From positions 422 to 64,421 of the forward strand of contig CAVEUC010000004.1 in assembly GCA_963619035.1 (NCBI GenBank): a stretch of 64,000 bases of DNA. The letters are read 5' to 3'. Origin of the DNA: Lachnospiraceae bacterium GAM79 (GTDB lineage: Bacteria > Bacillota_I > Bacilli_A > RFN20 > CAG-826). The translations under genes and the position numbers were made by a program. Of the stretch, positions 7,823 through 16,213 are shown in pieces (position 1 is the first letter of the stretch; each line of letters opens with the position of its first letter). Below the pieces are notes generated by a model, which saw only the letters and a program-made list of their open reading frames with translations, was not told where the DNA came from and ran no database searches.

Positions 7823-9019
7823 TTATTCTTTAAACATCTCTTTTAATATTTCAACCATCAATCTCATTTGAGTTACCGAAACGAACTCAAATCTACCATG
7901 AGGATTAAAATCACCAACACCTAAATTAGGGCAATTAACTCCCATATATGAGATTGTTGCCCCATCCGTTCCACCTCTAATTGGTGAATACGAAATTTTC
8001 ATCTTTTTATTTAAATAAGCTTTATTTATTAAATTAATAGCTCTCATATCTTTAATAAATAAAGGTTTCATATTTTTATATTCATCTTTAAAAACTATTT
8101 CAACTTTAGCTTTAGGATACTTTTTAAGTATTGTTTCTTTAGCATCTAATAAAATTTGTTTTTTACTATTTAATCCTTCGATTTCAAAATCTCTAATAAT
8201 AAATCCTAAATTAGTATTTTCAACATCACCATTAATATTGCATAAATGGATAAAACCATCGTAGTCTTTTGTAGTTGATGGAGTCATATTTTGAGGTAAT
8301 AAAGATATGAATTCACTAGCTAAAAGACTAGAATTTACCATAACTCCATAAGCCATTCCTGGATGAACACCAACTCCATAAATTGAAACTTTAGCACTTG
8401 AAGCATAGAAATTTTCATAACTTGCTTCATAGATACTTTCTCCATCTAATGTATAAGCAACATCAGCATTCAATTTATTAACATCAAAAAACATTGGACC
8501 TTCACCAATCTCTTCATCAGGAGTAAAACAAATCGCTAAATTATAATCAAAATCATCTTTATGCGAAATATAATATGTTAAAAATTCAAAAATAATAGCA
8601 ATACCAGCTTTATCGTCTCCACCTAAAAGGTGCTCACCATCAGTTACAAGTAAGTCTTCTCCTACAACTTCTTTTAAAGCTTTAAATTCATCAACTTTCA
8701 TTGTGTATTTATCGCTTAAAACAATATCTTTTCCATCGTAATTTTTAATTAGTCGAGGATTTTTAATTCCACCAATTAAAGCACATGATGTATCCATATG
8801 TGAAATTAAACCAATTGTTTTTTCGCTATTATTTTTAATTGTTGCATATACATAACTATGAGAATCAATAAAACAATCTTCAACACCTAATTCTTTTAAA
8901 TCGTTTAATAAAACTTTTGCAAATTCAGTTTGAGTAACTGAAGAAGGATGAGTCCCACTAGTTTCGCTACTCATCGTATCGATTGCAATATATTTTTTAA
9001 ATCTTTCTAAAATATCCAT
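7823..9019 (-). CDS. pepT: Peptidase T (tripeptide aminopeptidase, M20B)
   Basis: 398 aa with the SHMDT and GGDDKAG metal-ligand motifs and full-length PepT-like organisation. Confidence 0.9.
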   Translation of the reverse strand: MDILERFKKYIAIDTMSSETSGTHPSSVTQTEFAKVLLNDLKELGVEDCFIDSHSYVYATIKNNSEKTIGLISHMDTSCALIGGIKNPRLIKNYDGKDIVLSDKYTMKVDEFKALKEVVGEDLLVTDGEHLLGGDDKAGIAIIFEFLTYYISHKDDFDYNLAICFTPDEEIGEGPMFFDVNKLNADVAYTLDGESIYEASYENFYASSAKVSIYGVGVHPGMAYGVMVNSSLLASEFISLLPQNMTPSTTKDYDGFIHLCNINGDVENTNLGFIIRDFEIEGLNSKKQILLDAKETILKKYPKAKVEIVFKDEYKNMKPLFIKDMRAINLINKAYLNKKMKISYSPIRGGTDGATISYMGVNCPNLGVGDFNPHGRFEFVSVTQMRLMVEILKEMFKE

Positions 9020-9618
9020 TATTTCTCCAATCCAAATAAGTACATTTGTCCATAACTTATTTGTACTAATGCATCTTTATAAGTTGAATCATCTGCATTT
9101 CCTTCTTTATATTGAGGGATAGTCGTAACTTTAAAAGTTATCGAATCAATATTAGTTAAGGCTTTTTCACTTAAAGTAATAGTTTTAGTTTGAGAAAAAG
9201 TATATTTAAGTTCTTCAGTTCCAACGAACAATGAACAATTTCCGTCTTTATAAGCGAATTTAGTTGCATCATAATCTTCAGTTGTACTATTTTTAACAGT
9301 TAATTTTAAACCAAACTTACAAAGAAAATCTTTATAGTTCGAATTTTTTTCTAAGATAGTTTTTGTATCAAAAATGGTATAAGTTTCATTTAAGGTAATT
9401 GATTTATCGCTAATATCTGAAGTATATTTATATTTTTGATTTCCAGCTTCTTTACCATTATAAACAATATCTGAAACATCAACATTATCATAAATAACCT
9501 TATATTTTGGAGTATTTGCTAAACTTATGCAAAGTCCAATTATTGCGCCAATAATTGCACAACCACCTATTGTTGAGCTAACAATTACAGGAATATTTTT
9601 CTTTTCAATTTTCTTCAT
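9019..9618 (-). CDS. Membrane-anchored hypothetical protein
   Basis: Single N-terminal TM segment, then a T/K/D-rich, probably extracytoplasmic, domain. Its stop and the pepT start share one base (9019). Confidence 0.55.
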   Translation of the reverse strand: MKKIEKKNIPVIVSSTIGGCAIIGAIIGLCISLANTPKYKVIYDNVDVSDIVYNGKEAGNQKYKYTSDISDKSITLNETYTIFDTKTILEKNSNYKDFLCKFGLKLTVKNSTTEDYDATKFAYKDGNCSLFVGTEELKYTFSQTKTITLSEKALTNIDSITFKVTTIPQYKEGNADDSTYKDALVQISYGQMYLFGLEK

Positions 9619-9633
9619 ATTAAATACCTATTC

Positions 9634-10521
9634 TCATTTATCATTATACACTAAATTTATAATATATTCGGCATAAATTTTAGCAACGTTAATGTTATTA
9701 ACGTTTTCAAACTCTTCAAAAAAAGCATTGCTATTAACTTCACATAAAATCGGTTCATTATTTTCTCCAAAAAGAACATCAATTCCACAATAATCCAACT
9801 TTAAAACTTTACTAGCTTTAATTGCAATATCTAAATATTTTTGTTCAGGAACAAACTTATATCCTTTTCCTCCAAAACCAATATTACTACGGAAATCGTT
9901 ATCATTTTTTCTTAACATTGTACCAACAACTTTATTTCCAACTAAAATAATTCTTAAATCTTTTCCGTAGCTTTCTTTTATATATTTTTGAAAAATAAAA
10001 GAATCATGTTTATATTTTTTAACATATTCAATAAGTTCATTTTTATCATTAATTAAAAATACATTCTTTCCTAAAGATCCGTAAGATAACTTAAAAACCA
10101 TAGGAAAACCCAACTCTTTTTCAATATAATCAATATAATTTAAATCGATATCATTAGAATATGAATAACATAAAAGTCCAGGGATAGTTTTAGGCATTTT
10201 AATATTTTCATTAGCTAAATATAGATGTGTTAAAAATTTATTATCACAAATTTCGATAGCTTTAGAGGAATTAATAACTTTATATCCCAATTTTTCTAAC
10301 ATTAAAGAGAATACGATATCCTTATCTAAAAAAATAACAAAATCATAATCATTTTCACTTTTAAATTTAATATTATCATCAATTAATAAATGTAAAGAAG
10401 CCGTATCTTTAATATCGATTTTAATTCCTAAAATCTCCATTTCTTCTTTAATTCTATTTAATTGATATAAATAGGTTTCGCTCTTATTAAATGTGTTTTT
10501 TACAATTAATCCTTTTTTCAT
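9634..10521 (-). CDS. ATP-grasp ligase, RimK family
   Basis: 295 aa with RimK-like blocks FPMVFKLSYGSLGKNVFLI, DLRIILVG and CGIDVLF..EPILCEVNSN. Confidence 0.8.
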   Translation of the reverse strand: MKKGLIVKNTFNKSETYLYQLNRIKEEMEILGIKIDIKDTASLHLLIDDNIKFKSENDYDFVIFLDKDIVFSLMLEKLGYKVINSSKAIEICDNKFLTHLYLANENIKMPKTIPGLLCYSYSNDIDLNYIDYIEKELGFPMVFKLSYGSLGKNVFLINDKNELIEYVKKYKHDSFIFQKYIKESYGKDLRIILVGNKVVGTMLRKNDNDFRSNIGFGGKGYKFVPEQKYLDIAIKASKVLKLDYCGIDVLFGENNEPILCEVNSNAFFEEFENVNNINVAKIYAEYIINLVYNDK

Positions 10522-10528
10522 GTTATTT

Positions 10529-10537
10529 ATTTTATCA
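10529..10537 (-). promoter_or_regulatory. Extended -10 box 7 nt upstream of the ATP-grasp start (leaderless-type)
   Basis: Minus strand TGaTAAAAT, then 7 nt, then ATG at 10521. No Shine-Dalgarno sequence. Confidence 0.45.
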
Positions 10538-10578
10538 TTATTGAAGTCATATTAATAACCTTTTAATAAAAAAATAAC

Positions 10579-10584
10579 TATAAT
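10579..10584 (+). promoter_or_regulatory. -10 box 6 nt upstream of the amidohydrolase start (leaderless-type)
   Basis: TATAAT, then 6 nt, then ATG at 10591. No Shine-Dalgarno sequence. Confidence 0.45.
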
Positions 10585-10590
10585 ATTTAT

Positions 10591-11376
10591 ATGAAAAAAA
10601 TTATTGATGCTCATGTCCATATCTTTACATCACCTTCTATTAAAGAATCAGAAGATATGATTTTAAAAAGTATGAAAAAATATAATATTTCATATTCTTT
10701 ATTATCTTTTGATGGATCAGAATATAGAGATAATAGAGTTAAAATTTTATATTCACAAGTTGAAGGCTCTAATATATCTTTAGAATTTGCTAAAAATAAT
10801 AAAGATAAAATAGGTGTTTTACTTTGGATTAGACCACATCACGAACATAATGTAGAAGATATTGAAAAAATTATTGTAGAAAATAAAGAATATATTCATG
10901 GATTAAAATTCCATCCTTATTGTTCTAGATTAAAAGTTACAAGTAAATATTTAATTCCTTATATCGAATTAGCTAGAAAATATAATTTACCAATATTAGT
11001 CCATACTGCATATGATGAATATTCTAAAGTGGGATTACTCGTTAAGGTTGCAAATAAATATAAAGATGTTACTTTTATTGCTGCACATTTAGAATTATGT
11101 ACTGACAATAAATATTGTATTAATTGTTTAAAAGATACTCCAAATTTATATGGAGATACAGCTTGGGTTGATCCTAAAGTTTATTCTTTAATTAGAAAAT
11201 ATAATTTAATTGATAAAGTCATGTTCGGAACAGATAATCCAATAGATGGAGAAAACACTTACTCGCATCCATATTATAAAAAATATTTAAATAGAAAATT
11301 TAAAATAAATGATGAAGAATACGAAAAATTAATGTATTTAAACGCTAAAAGAATTTATAAAATAGAAAATATATAA
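10591..11376 (+). CDS. Amidohydrolase-family metal-dependent hydrolase (TIM barrel)
   Basis: N-terminal IDAHVHIF metal-binding motif, and later HTAYD and MFGTDNP blocks. Confidence 0.75.
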   Translation: MKKIIDAHVHIFTSPSIKESEDMILKSMKKYNISYSLLSFDGSEYRDNRVKILYSQVEGSNISLEFAKNNKDKIGVLLWIRPHHEHNVEDIEKIIVENKEYIHGLKFHPYCSRLKVTSKYLIPYIELARKYNLPILVHTAYDEYSKVGLLVKVANKYKDVTFIAAHLELCTDNKYCINCLKDTPNLYGDTAWVDPKVYSLIRKYNLIDKVMFGTDNPIDGENTYSHPYYKKYLNRKFKINDEEYEKLMYLNAKRIYKIENI

Positions 11377-11624
11377 TCTAAAAATATTTTTAAACCTAAT
11401 GGACAAGTACCACCATCATTACATTTACTACTACCACCACTAGATTTTCCACCAACTGAATTTAAAATAATAATTACAATAATAGCAACTAATAATAATC
11501 CACCTAAAATTCCTAAAATAATAACCATAGTATGGTCTTTTTTCTTATTTTCTTCTTCGATTTCTTTTACTTGTTCTTCAACCACTTCATTAGTTACATT
11601 AACATTTTTATTTTCTTCTTCCAT
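11355..11624 (-). CDS. Small membrane protein (acidic N-terminus, one TM, Gly/Ser/Cys tail)
   Basis: 89-aa ORF starting 2 nt after the upstream membrane gene. Its 3-prime end overlaps the convergent amidohydrolase gene by 22 nt. I recognise no homology. Confidence 0.4.
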   Translation of the reverse strand: MEEENKNVNVTNEVVEEQVKEIEEENKKKDHTMVIILGILGGLLLVAIIVIIILNSVGGKSSGGSSKCNDGGTCPLGLKIFLDYIFSIL

Positions 11625-11626
11625 AC

Positions 11627-12439
11627 TTACTCCTTTATCAATTTCTTACTTAATAAACTTCCCTTAAAAGAAAAATTTAAAGATATATTAAGCGCAATTA
11701 CATTAAAAATCAAATCAATAAATGCAGTTAAAAACGAAGTTAATAATCTACTAGCAAAAATAACTACAAAATATATAAAACCAGCTTCGTATCCCATTAA
11801 ATAAAATACTAAAGAACTAACTGGAACCTTAAATAAAGCATATGTTAAAAATATCGATGAAGATAACGCATTTATATTATAAAAATTATTAATTTTTAAC
11901 TTTTTCCATTTATTTTTAATAATTAATAATAAAACAATATATAAAATCGATAATCCCCATGAAATAGATGTTAATAATATTTTTAACCATAAAGAGAATG
12001 TATAAATTGTAGATCCTGATTTAATGTAGCCTAAATTTGGTAAAAAGCAAAATAAAGTTATAAATGTAGATATTAAAGTTAAAGATATAGTTAAAGTTAA
12101 AGGAAATTTCTTTTCAATTTTAATTAAATCTACAACTTTATATATTAAAAAAGGCATCAATCCACCAAGTGCTACAGATATTGTATATACTGGATTATAA
12201 CTACCACCTTGTTGAAGTATTAAAGAACCAATTATATCTTCACATATTGCAATAATTAATCCATATATTGGCCCTAAATAAAAAGAACCAAACATAATAA
12301 CTCCTGTAGCAAAGCTAATTTTTACAAAAGGAATGCCAATTACATATAAATTTATTGAAAATGCACGGGATAATATGATTGATATAGCTATTAAAATTGC
12401 ACTAAATATAATCTTATAAATTTGTGACATCTTCTTCAT
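11627..12439 (-). CDS. ECF-transporter S-component-like membrane protein (folate family-like) with C-terminal extension
   Basis: The first ~170 aa (ILSRAFSINL..VKISFATGVIMFGSFYLGPIYGLIIAICEDIIGSL) resemble FolT-type S components. About 95 extra hydrophobic residues follow. Confidence 0.5.
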   Translation of the reverse strand: MKKMSQIYKIIFSAILIAISIILSRAFSINLYVIGIPFVKISFATGVIMFGSFYLGPIYGLIIAICEDIIGSLILQQGGSYNPVYTISVALGGLMPFLIYKVVDLIKIEKKFPLTLTISLTLISTFITLFCFLPNLGYIKSGSTIYTFSLWLKILLTSISWGLSILYIVLLLIIKNKWKKLKINNFYNINALSSSIFLTYALFKVPVSSLVFYLMGYEAGFIYFVVIFASRLLTSFLTAFIDLIFNVIALNISLNFSFKGSLLSKKLIKE

Positions 12440-12440
12440 A

Positions 12441-12905
12441 TTAAATTTCTCTTTTTGTTGCTTTATTTATTTTAATTTGATCTTCTCTTTCTTTTATAGT
12501 ATCTCTTTTATCATATAATTTTTTACCTTTTCCTAAAGCTATTTCTACCTTACACCTTCCTTTAGATAAATAAACTTTAGTAGGAATAATCGTGTAACCA
12601 TCTTTAATTGTTCGATATTGAAATTTTAATATTTCACTTTTATGCATCAATAATTTTCTAGTTCTTAATTCTTCATGATTAAAAATATTTCCCTTTTCAT
12701 ATTGAGAAATGAACATATTGATAATGTAAGCTTCATTATTTTTAATAATTACATACGCATCATTAATATTAGCGTTATTATTTCTTAAAGATTTAATTTC
12801 TGTACCTTTAAGTTCAATTCCACATTCTAAAAAATCACTCAAAAAATAATTATAATGAGCTTTTCTATTTGTTGTAATTACTTTAGTACTCTTAAATTTT
12901 TCCAT
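12441..12905 (-). CDS. smpB: SsrA-binding protein
   Basis: NRKAHYNYFL..GIELKGTEIKSLR is the SmpB signature. I chose the start at MEKFKSTK because TATAAT (12918-12913) lies 7 nt upstream. Confidence 0.9.
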   Translation of the reverse strand: MEKFKSTKVITTNRKAHYNYFLSDFLECGIELKGTEIKSLRNNNANINDAYVIIKNNEAYIINMFISQYEKGNIFNHEELRTRKLLMHKSEILKFQYRTIKDGYTIIPTKVYLSKGRCKVEIALGKGKKLYDKRDTIKEREDQIKINKATKREI

Positions 12906-12912
12906 ATTTAAA

Positions 12913-12918
12913 ATTATA
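12913..12918 (-). promoter_or_regulatory. -10 box 7 nt upstream of the smpB start (leaderless-type)
   Basis: Minus strand TATAAT, then 7 nt, then ATG at 12905. Confidence 0.45.
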
Positions 12919-12934
12919 CACAAGTTTTTAAATA

Positions 12935-15223
12935 TTATTTATTATTTTTATATTTTTTATTAAATCTAAATAACAATAAACTATTTAAACATACACTTAT
13001 TGAAGATACTATCATAAGTAAAGAACAATACATTGGATCAAAATAAACATTAAAATAAGCGAAGCATCCACTAGCGATTGGAATCATTATAATATTATAA
13101 ATAAAAGCCCAAAAGAGATTGAATTTAATATTGTTTTTAATCTTTTTACTAAAATCTAAAATAAAGAAAATCGATTTTAAATCATCTTTCATCAATATAA
13201 AATCACTACTAGCTAAAGCAACATCACTTCCTTTAGCTAAACCGATACTAACATCTGATAAAGTTAAAGCGATAGAATCGTTAATGCCGTCTCCAACCAT
13301 TATTGTTTTATATCCTTTATCTTTTAAAGATTTAATATACTCTTCTTTAATAACAGGAGTGGCATTAGCAATAACACTATCAATTCCTAACTCTTTTGCT
13401 ACCATATAAGCATTTTCTTCATTGTCTCCTGTACAAATTGAAACAACTTTAAATTTTTCTTTAGCACTTTTTATAAATTCGTAAGCTCCTTTTTTAATAT
13501 GATCTTTTAATAAAAATACACCTAACAATTTATCTTTAGTAAATACAAAAGTAGACAAATAACCTTTTAATTCTTCAATATCAAATTTATCTAATTCTTC
13601 ATTAGACAATGTTTCTTTTACCATTTTTAATGAACCTATATAAATAGTTTCGTTATTAAAAATACCTTTAACACCTTTTCCAGGAATAATTGAAACATTA
13701 TTTATATCATTTAATACACTATTTTCTACACCAAAATAATTTACAATGGCTTTACTAAATGGATGATTAGACATCTTTTCAATAGTAAAAACAACTTCAT
13801 CAATCTTATTTTCATCATAGAATCTAATATATTTTTCTACATTTAATTCACCTTCAGTAATCGTATTAGTTTTATCTAAAACAATAGCATCACATTTATT
13901 AATCTTTTCAATAGCACCGCTATCGTTAATTAAAACACCATTACTAGAAAACACACTACTCCCAACAAGCAAAGAGATAGGTGTAGCAAGTCCTAAAGCA
14001 CAAGGACAAGAGATAGTTAAAACAGAAATTGCAAAACCAAAAGCTTCTTGAACTCCATTGTTATACATATGAGTCAATAAAGCTTCTCCACCTCTAATTC
14101 CATAATCAACACCAATCCATGTAACAAATACAACAACAGTCAATCCGCAAACAATAGGAACAAAGATAGAAGCAACTTTATCGACCATTTTTGTTAAATT
14201 AGACTTCATATCGCTAGCTTTATTAACTAAATCTACAATATGTCTTAATAAAGAATCTTTATCACCTTTTGTAACAATAATATTTATAGTTCCATCTTTA
14301 TTTATAGTACCGGCAAAGACCTCACTATCTTCTTCTTTTATAATTAAAGTAGATTCCCCTGTTAACATCGATTCATCAACATAACTTCTACCTTGCTTAA
14401 TAAAACCATCAACAGGAATATTTTCTCCAGGTTTAACAACTATTTCATCTCCAACTTGAAGATATTTAGTTTCAACATCATAAAATTTTCCATCTCTAAC
14501 AACAGTAGCTGTTTTAGGTCTTAATTCGAGAAGTTTATTAATAGTATCTTGAGCTTTTTTCTTACTTAAAGATTCTATTAATCTACCTAACGAAACAACA
14601 ACTAAAACCATACAAGCCCCATCATAGAAAAAATGTATATGTTCTATCATATTCATACCACTATGATCCATTGTATAGAATTCGTAAGTATAGAAAATTG
14701 TCATATAAATCGAATAAGCTATCGAAGCAAAAGAGCTAAGAAATACTAGCGTATTCATATCAGGATGACCTTTAAATAAAGCTTTACATCCATCAATATA
14801 AAAATCAAAAAATAAACCTAAAATAACTAAAGTTAATCCTAATTGAATATATCCACTTATAAAGAAATAATGTCTATACCATTCAGGAAAAATGTTTGAA
14901 TACATTGAACCCATTCCAAAAAATACAACAGGTATCAATAATATAAATCCTACTATTAACTTAACTATTTTTGTTTTTCTGGTTTTCTTTTCAATGTTCT
15001 TATTTTCTTCTTCATCAACATATTTACTTACTTTAAAACCATTCTTTTTAATTGTAGAAATAATAGTTTTTTCGTTAACTACATTTTCATCAAAATCTAC
15101 AACAACTGTATTATTTACTAAATTGATGTTGCTATTTTTTACACCATTTAATTCACTTAAAGCATTTTCAACAATGTGCTTGCAACTAGCACAATGCATA
15201 CTTACAATCAAAGTTATTTGCAT
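12935..15223 (-). CDS. copA: Copper-translocating P1B-1-type ATPase
   Basis: N-terminal HMA domain (SMHCASC), TGES, the CPCALGLATP transmembrane metal site, YN and MxxSS motifs, HP, TGDN and GDGINDS. The phosphorylation motif reads DKTNT. Confidence 0.9.
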   Translation of the reverse strand: MQITLIVSMHCASCKHIVENALSELNGVKNSNINLVNNTVVVDFDENVVNEKTIISTIKKNGFKVSKYVDEEENKNIEKKTRKTKIVKLIVGFILLIPVVFFGMGSMYSNIFPEWYRHYFFISGYIQLGLTLVILGLFFDFYIDGCKALFKGHPDMNTLVFLSSFASIAYSIYMTIFYTYEFYTMDHSGMNMIEHIHFFYDGACMVLVVVSLGRLIESLSKKKAQDTINKLLELRPKTATVVRDGKFYDVETKYLQVGDEIVVKPGENIPVDGFIKQGRSYVDESMLTGESTLIIKEEDSEVFAGTINKDGTINIIVTKGDKDSLLRHIVDLVNKASDMKSNLTKMVDKVASIFVPIVCGLTVVVFVTWIGVDYGIRGGEALLTHMYNNGVQEAFGFAISVLTISCPCALGLATPISLLVGSSVFSSNGVLINDSGAIEKINKCDAIVLDKTNTITEGELNVEKYIRFYDENKIDEVVFTIEKMSNHPFSKAIVNYFGVENSVLNDINNVSIIPGKGVKGIFNNETIYIGSLKMVKETLSNEELDKFDIEELKGYLSTFVFTKDKLLGVFLLKDHIKKGAYEFIKSAKEKFKVVSICTGDNEENAYMVAKELGIDSVIANATPVIKEEYIKSLKDKGYKTIMVGDGINDSIALTLSDVSIGLAKGSDVALASSDFILMKDDLKSIFFILDFSKKIKNNIKFNLFWAFIYNIIMIPIASGCFAYFNVYFDPMYCSLLMIVSSISVCLNSLLLFRFNKKYKNNK

Positions 15224-15225
15224 AA

Positions 15226-15753
15226 TTAATGTTTTAAATTAACCCTTCTATATGTATCAACCATTTTATCTAAATTAGAACTCGATACAAAATTAATAGG
15301 ATTTTTAAGTCTAGATTCGATTAATGAAGCATTTGCAGGATCTTTTTTAGCCATAGCCTTAAATCCAAGTTTCATAAATTGTTGTTTAACTTTACCCATT
15401 CTATTCATATCAAACCCACCTAATAATAAATAAAGTCTAATATGGTATGAATCCAAATTATTTGTAGTTATAACAAGTTCTCTTTTTTCATCGCTTGGAG
15501 GCTGAATACCTACAGCAAAAACAAAAATATTTTTACCCTCCATATATTTATATTTCTTTAAAAATTTATCCAATCCTAAAATAGTATTATTTCTGATTGG
15601 ACCTCCAAAAAATATATTATCTGCGTCTTTAATAAGTTTTTTTGAGATTTTACTAATTTCATATACTTCTAACGGAACAATTCTATTAGCGAGCATATCG
15701 CAGTATTCTTTAGTAAAACCTGTGTTTGATTTATAAAATAAAATGTTTTTCAT
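15226..15753 (-). CDS. Flavodoxin-domain protein
   Basis: MKNILFYKSNTGFTKEYCDML is typical of long flavodoxin-like (HemG-like) proteins. It stops 2 nt before the copA start. I place the start at the ATG preceded by TATATT (15766-15761) and 7 nt. Confidence 0.6.
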   Translation of the reverse strand: MKNILFYKSNTGFTKEYCDMLANRIVPLEVYEISKISKKLIKDADNIFFGGPIRNNTILGLDKFLKKYKYMEGKNIFVFAVGIQPPSDEKRELVITTNNLDSYHIRLYLLLGGFDMNRMGKVKQQFMKLGFKAMAKKDPANASLIESRLKNPINFVSSSNLDKMVDTYRRVNLKH

Positions 15754-15806
15754 ATTCAATAATATAAAAGAAAAATAACAATTAAACAACAAGAATGCTT
15801 TTTTTC

Positions 15807-15836
15807 TTGACAGTTGAACGGTTGCTCAATTATTAT
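15807..15836 (+). promoter_or_regulatory. arsR-family promoter with an inverted-repeat operator in the spacer
   Basis: TTGACA (15807-15812), spacer containing TTGAAC-ggtt-GCTCAA (15814-15829), then TATTAT (15831-15836). RBS GGAGG lies at 15846-15850. Confidence 0.5.
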
Positions 15837-15859
15837 ATCTATCGTGGAGGATATAATTT

Positions 15860-16213
15860 ATGGAAAATAAAACAAATATTTTAAATCCAAAAGCTTACAA
15901 TAAAGCAAAGAAAAATATGTTAAAGGATAATGAAATTTATGATATTAGTGATTTCTTTAAGATTTTTGCTGATTCAACTAGATTAAAAATATTATTTGCA
16001 TTAGATAACAACGAATTAAGCGTCAATGATTTATGTGAAGTTGTTCAAATGACAAAATCTGCTGTGTCACATCAATTAGCTTATTTAAAATTAAATCATT
16101 TAATTAAATTTAATAAAGTAGGTAAAAACGTATTTTATTCATTAGATGATGAGCATGTATCACTAATTATTGAAACAGCAAAAAGACATTTAGGAGAAGA
16201 AAAATATGAGTAA
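15860..16213 (+). CDS. ArsR/SmtB-family metalloregulator, alpha5-site (SmtB/CzrA-like) type
   Basis: Winged-helix block STRLKILFAL..LSVNDLCEVVQMTKSAVSHQLAYLK. The C-terminal DEH-x10-H-x2-E pattern matches the SmtB alpha5 Zn site DxHx10Hx2E. Confidence 0.9.
   Translation: MENKTNILNPKAYNKAKKNMLKDNEIYDISDFFKIFADSTRLKILFALDNNELSVNDLCEVVQMTKSAVSHQLAYLKLNHLIKFNKVGKNVFYSLDDEHVSLIIETAKRHLGEEKYE

Noticed and set aside
9634-10521. The ATP-grasp ligase as the core of a graspetide or other RiPP cluster.
   Set aside because: No small precursor ORF lies upstream: the divergent intergenic region is only 69 nt. The downstream 199-aa protein has a TM anchor and no repeated Thr/Ser-x-Asp/Glu core motifs. The enzyme looks like ordinary RimK.
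11355-12440. A tmRNA (ssrA) gene expected next to smpB.
   Set aside because: The region downstream of smpB is fully occupied by membrane-protein ORFs. I found no tRNA-Ala-like acceptor/T-arm or resume-codon region in the flanks.
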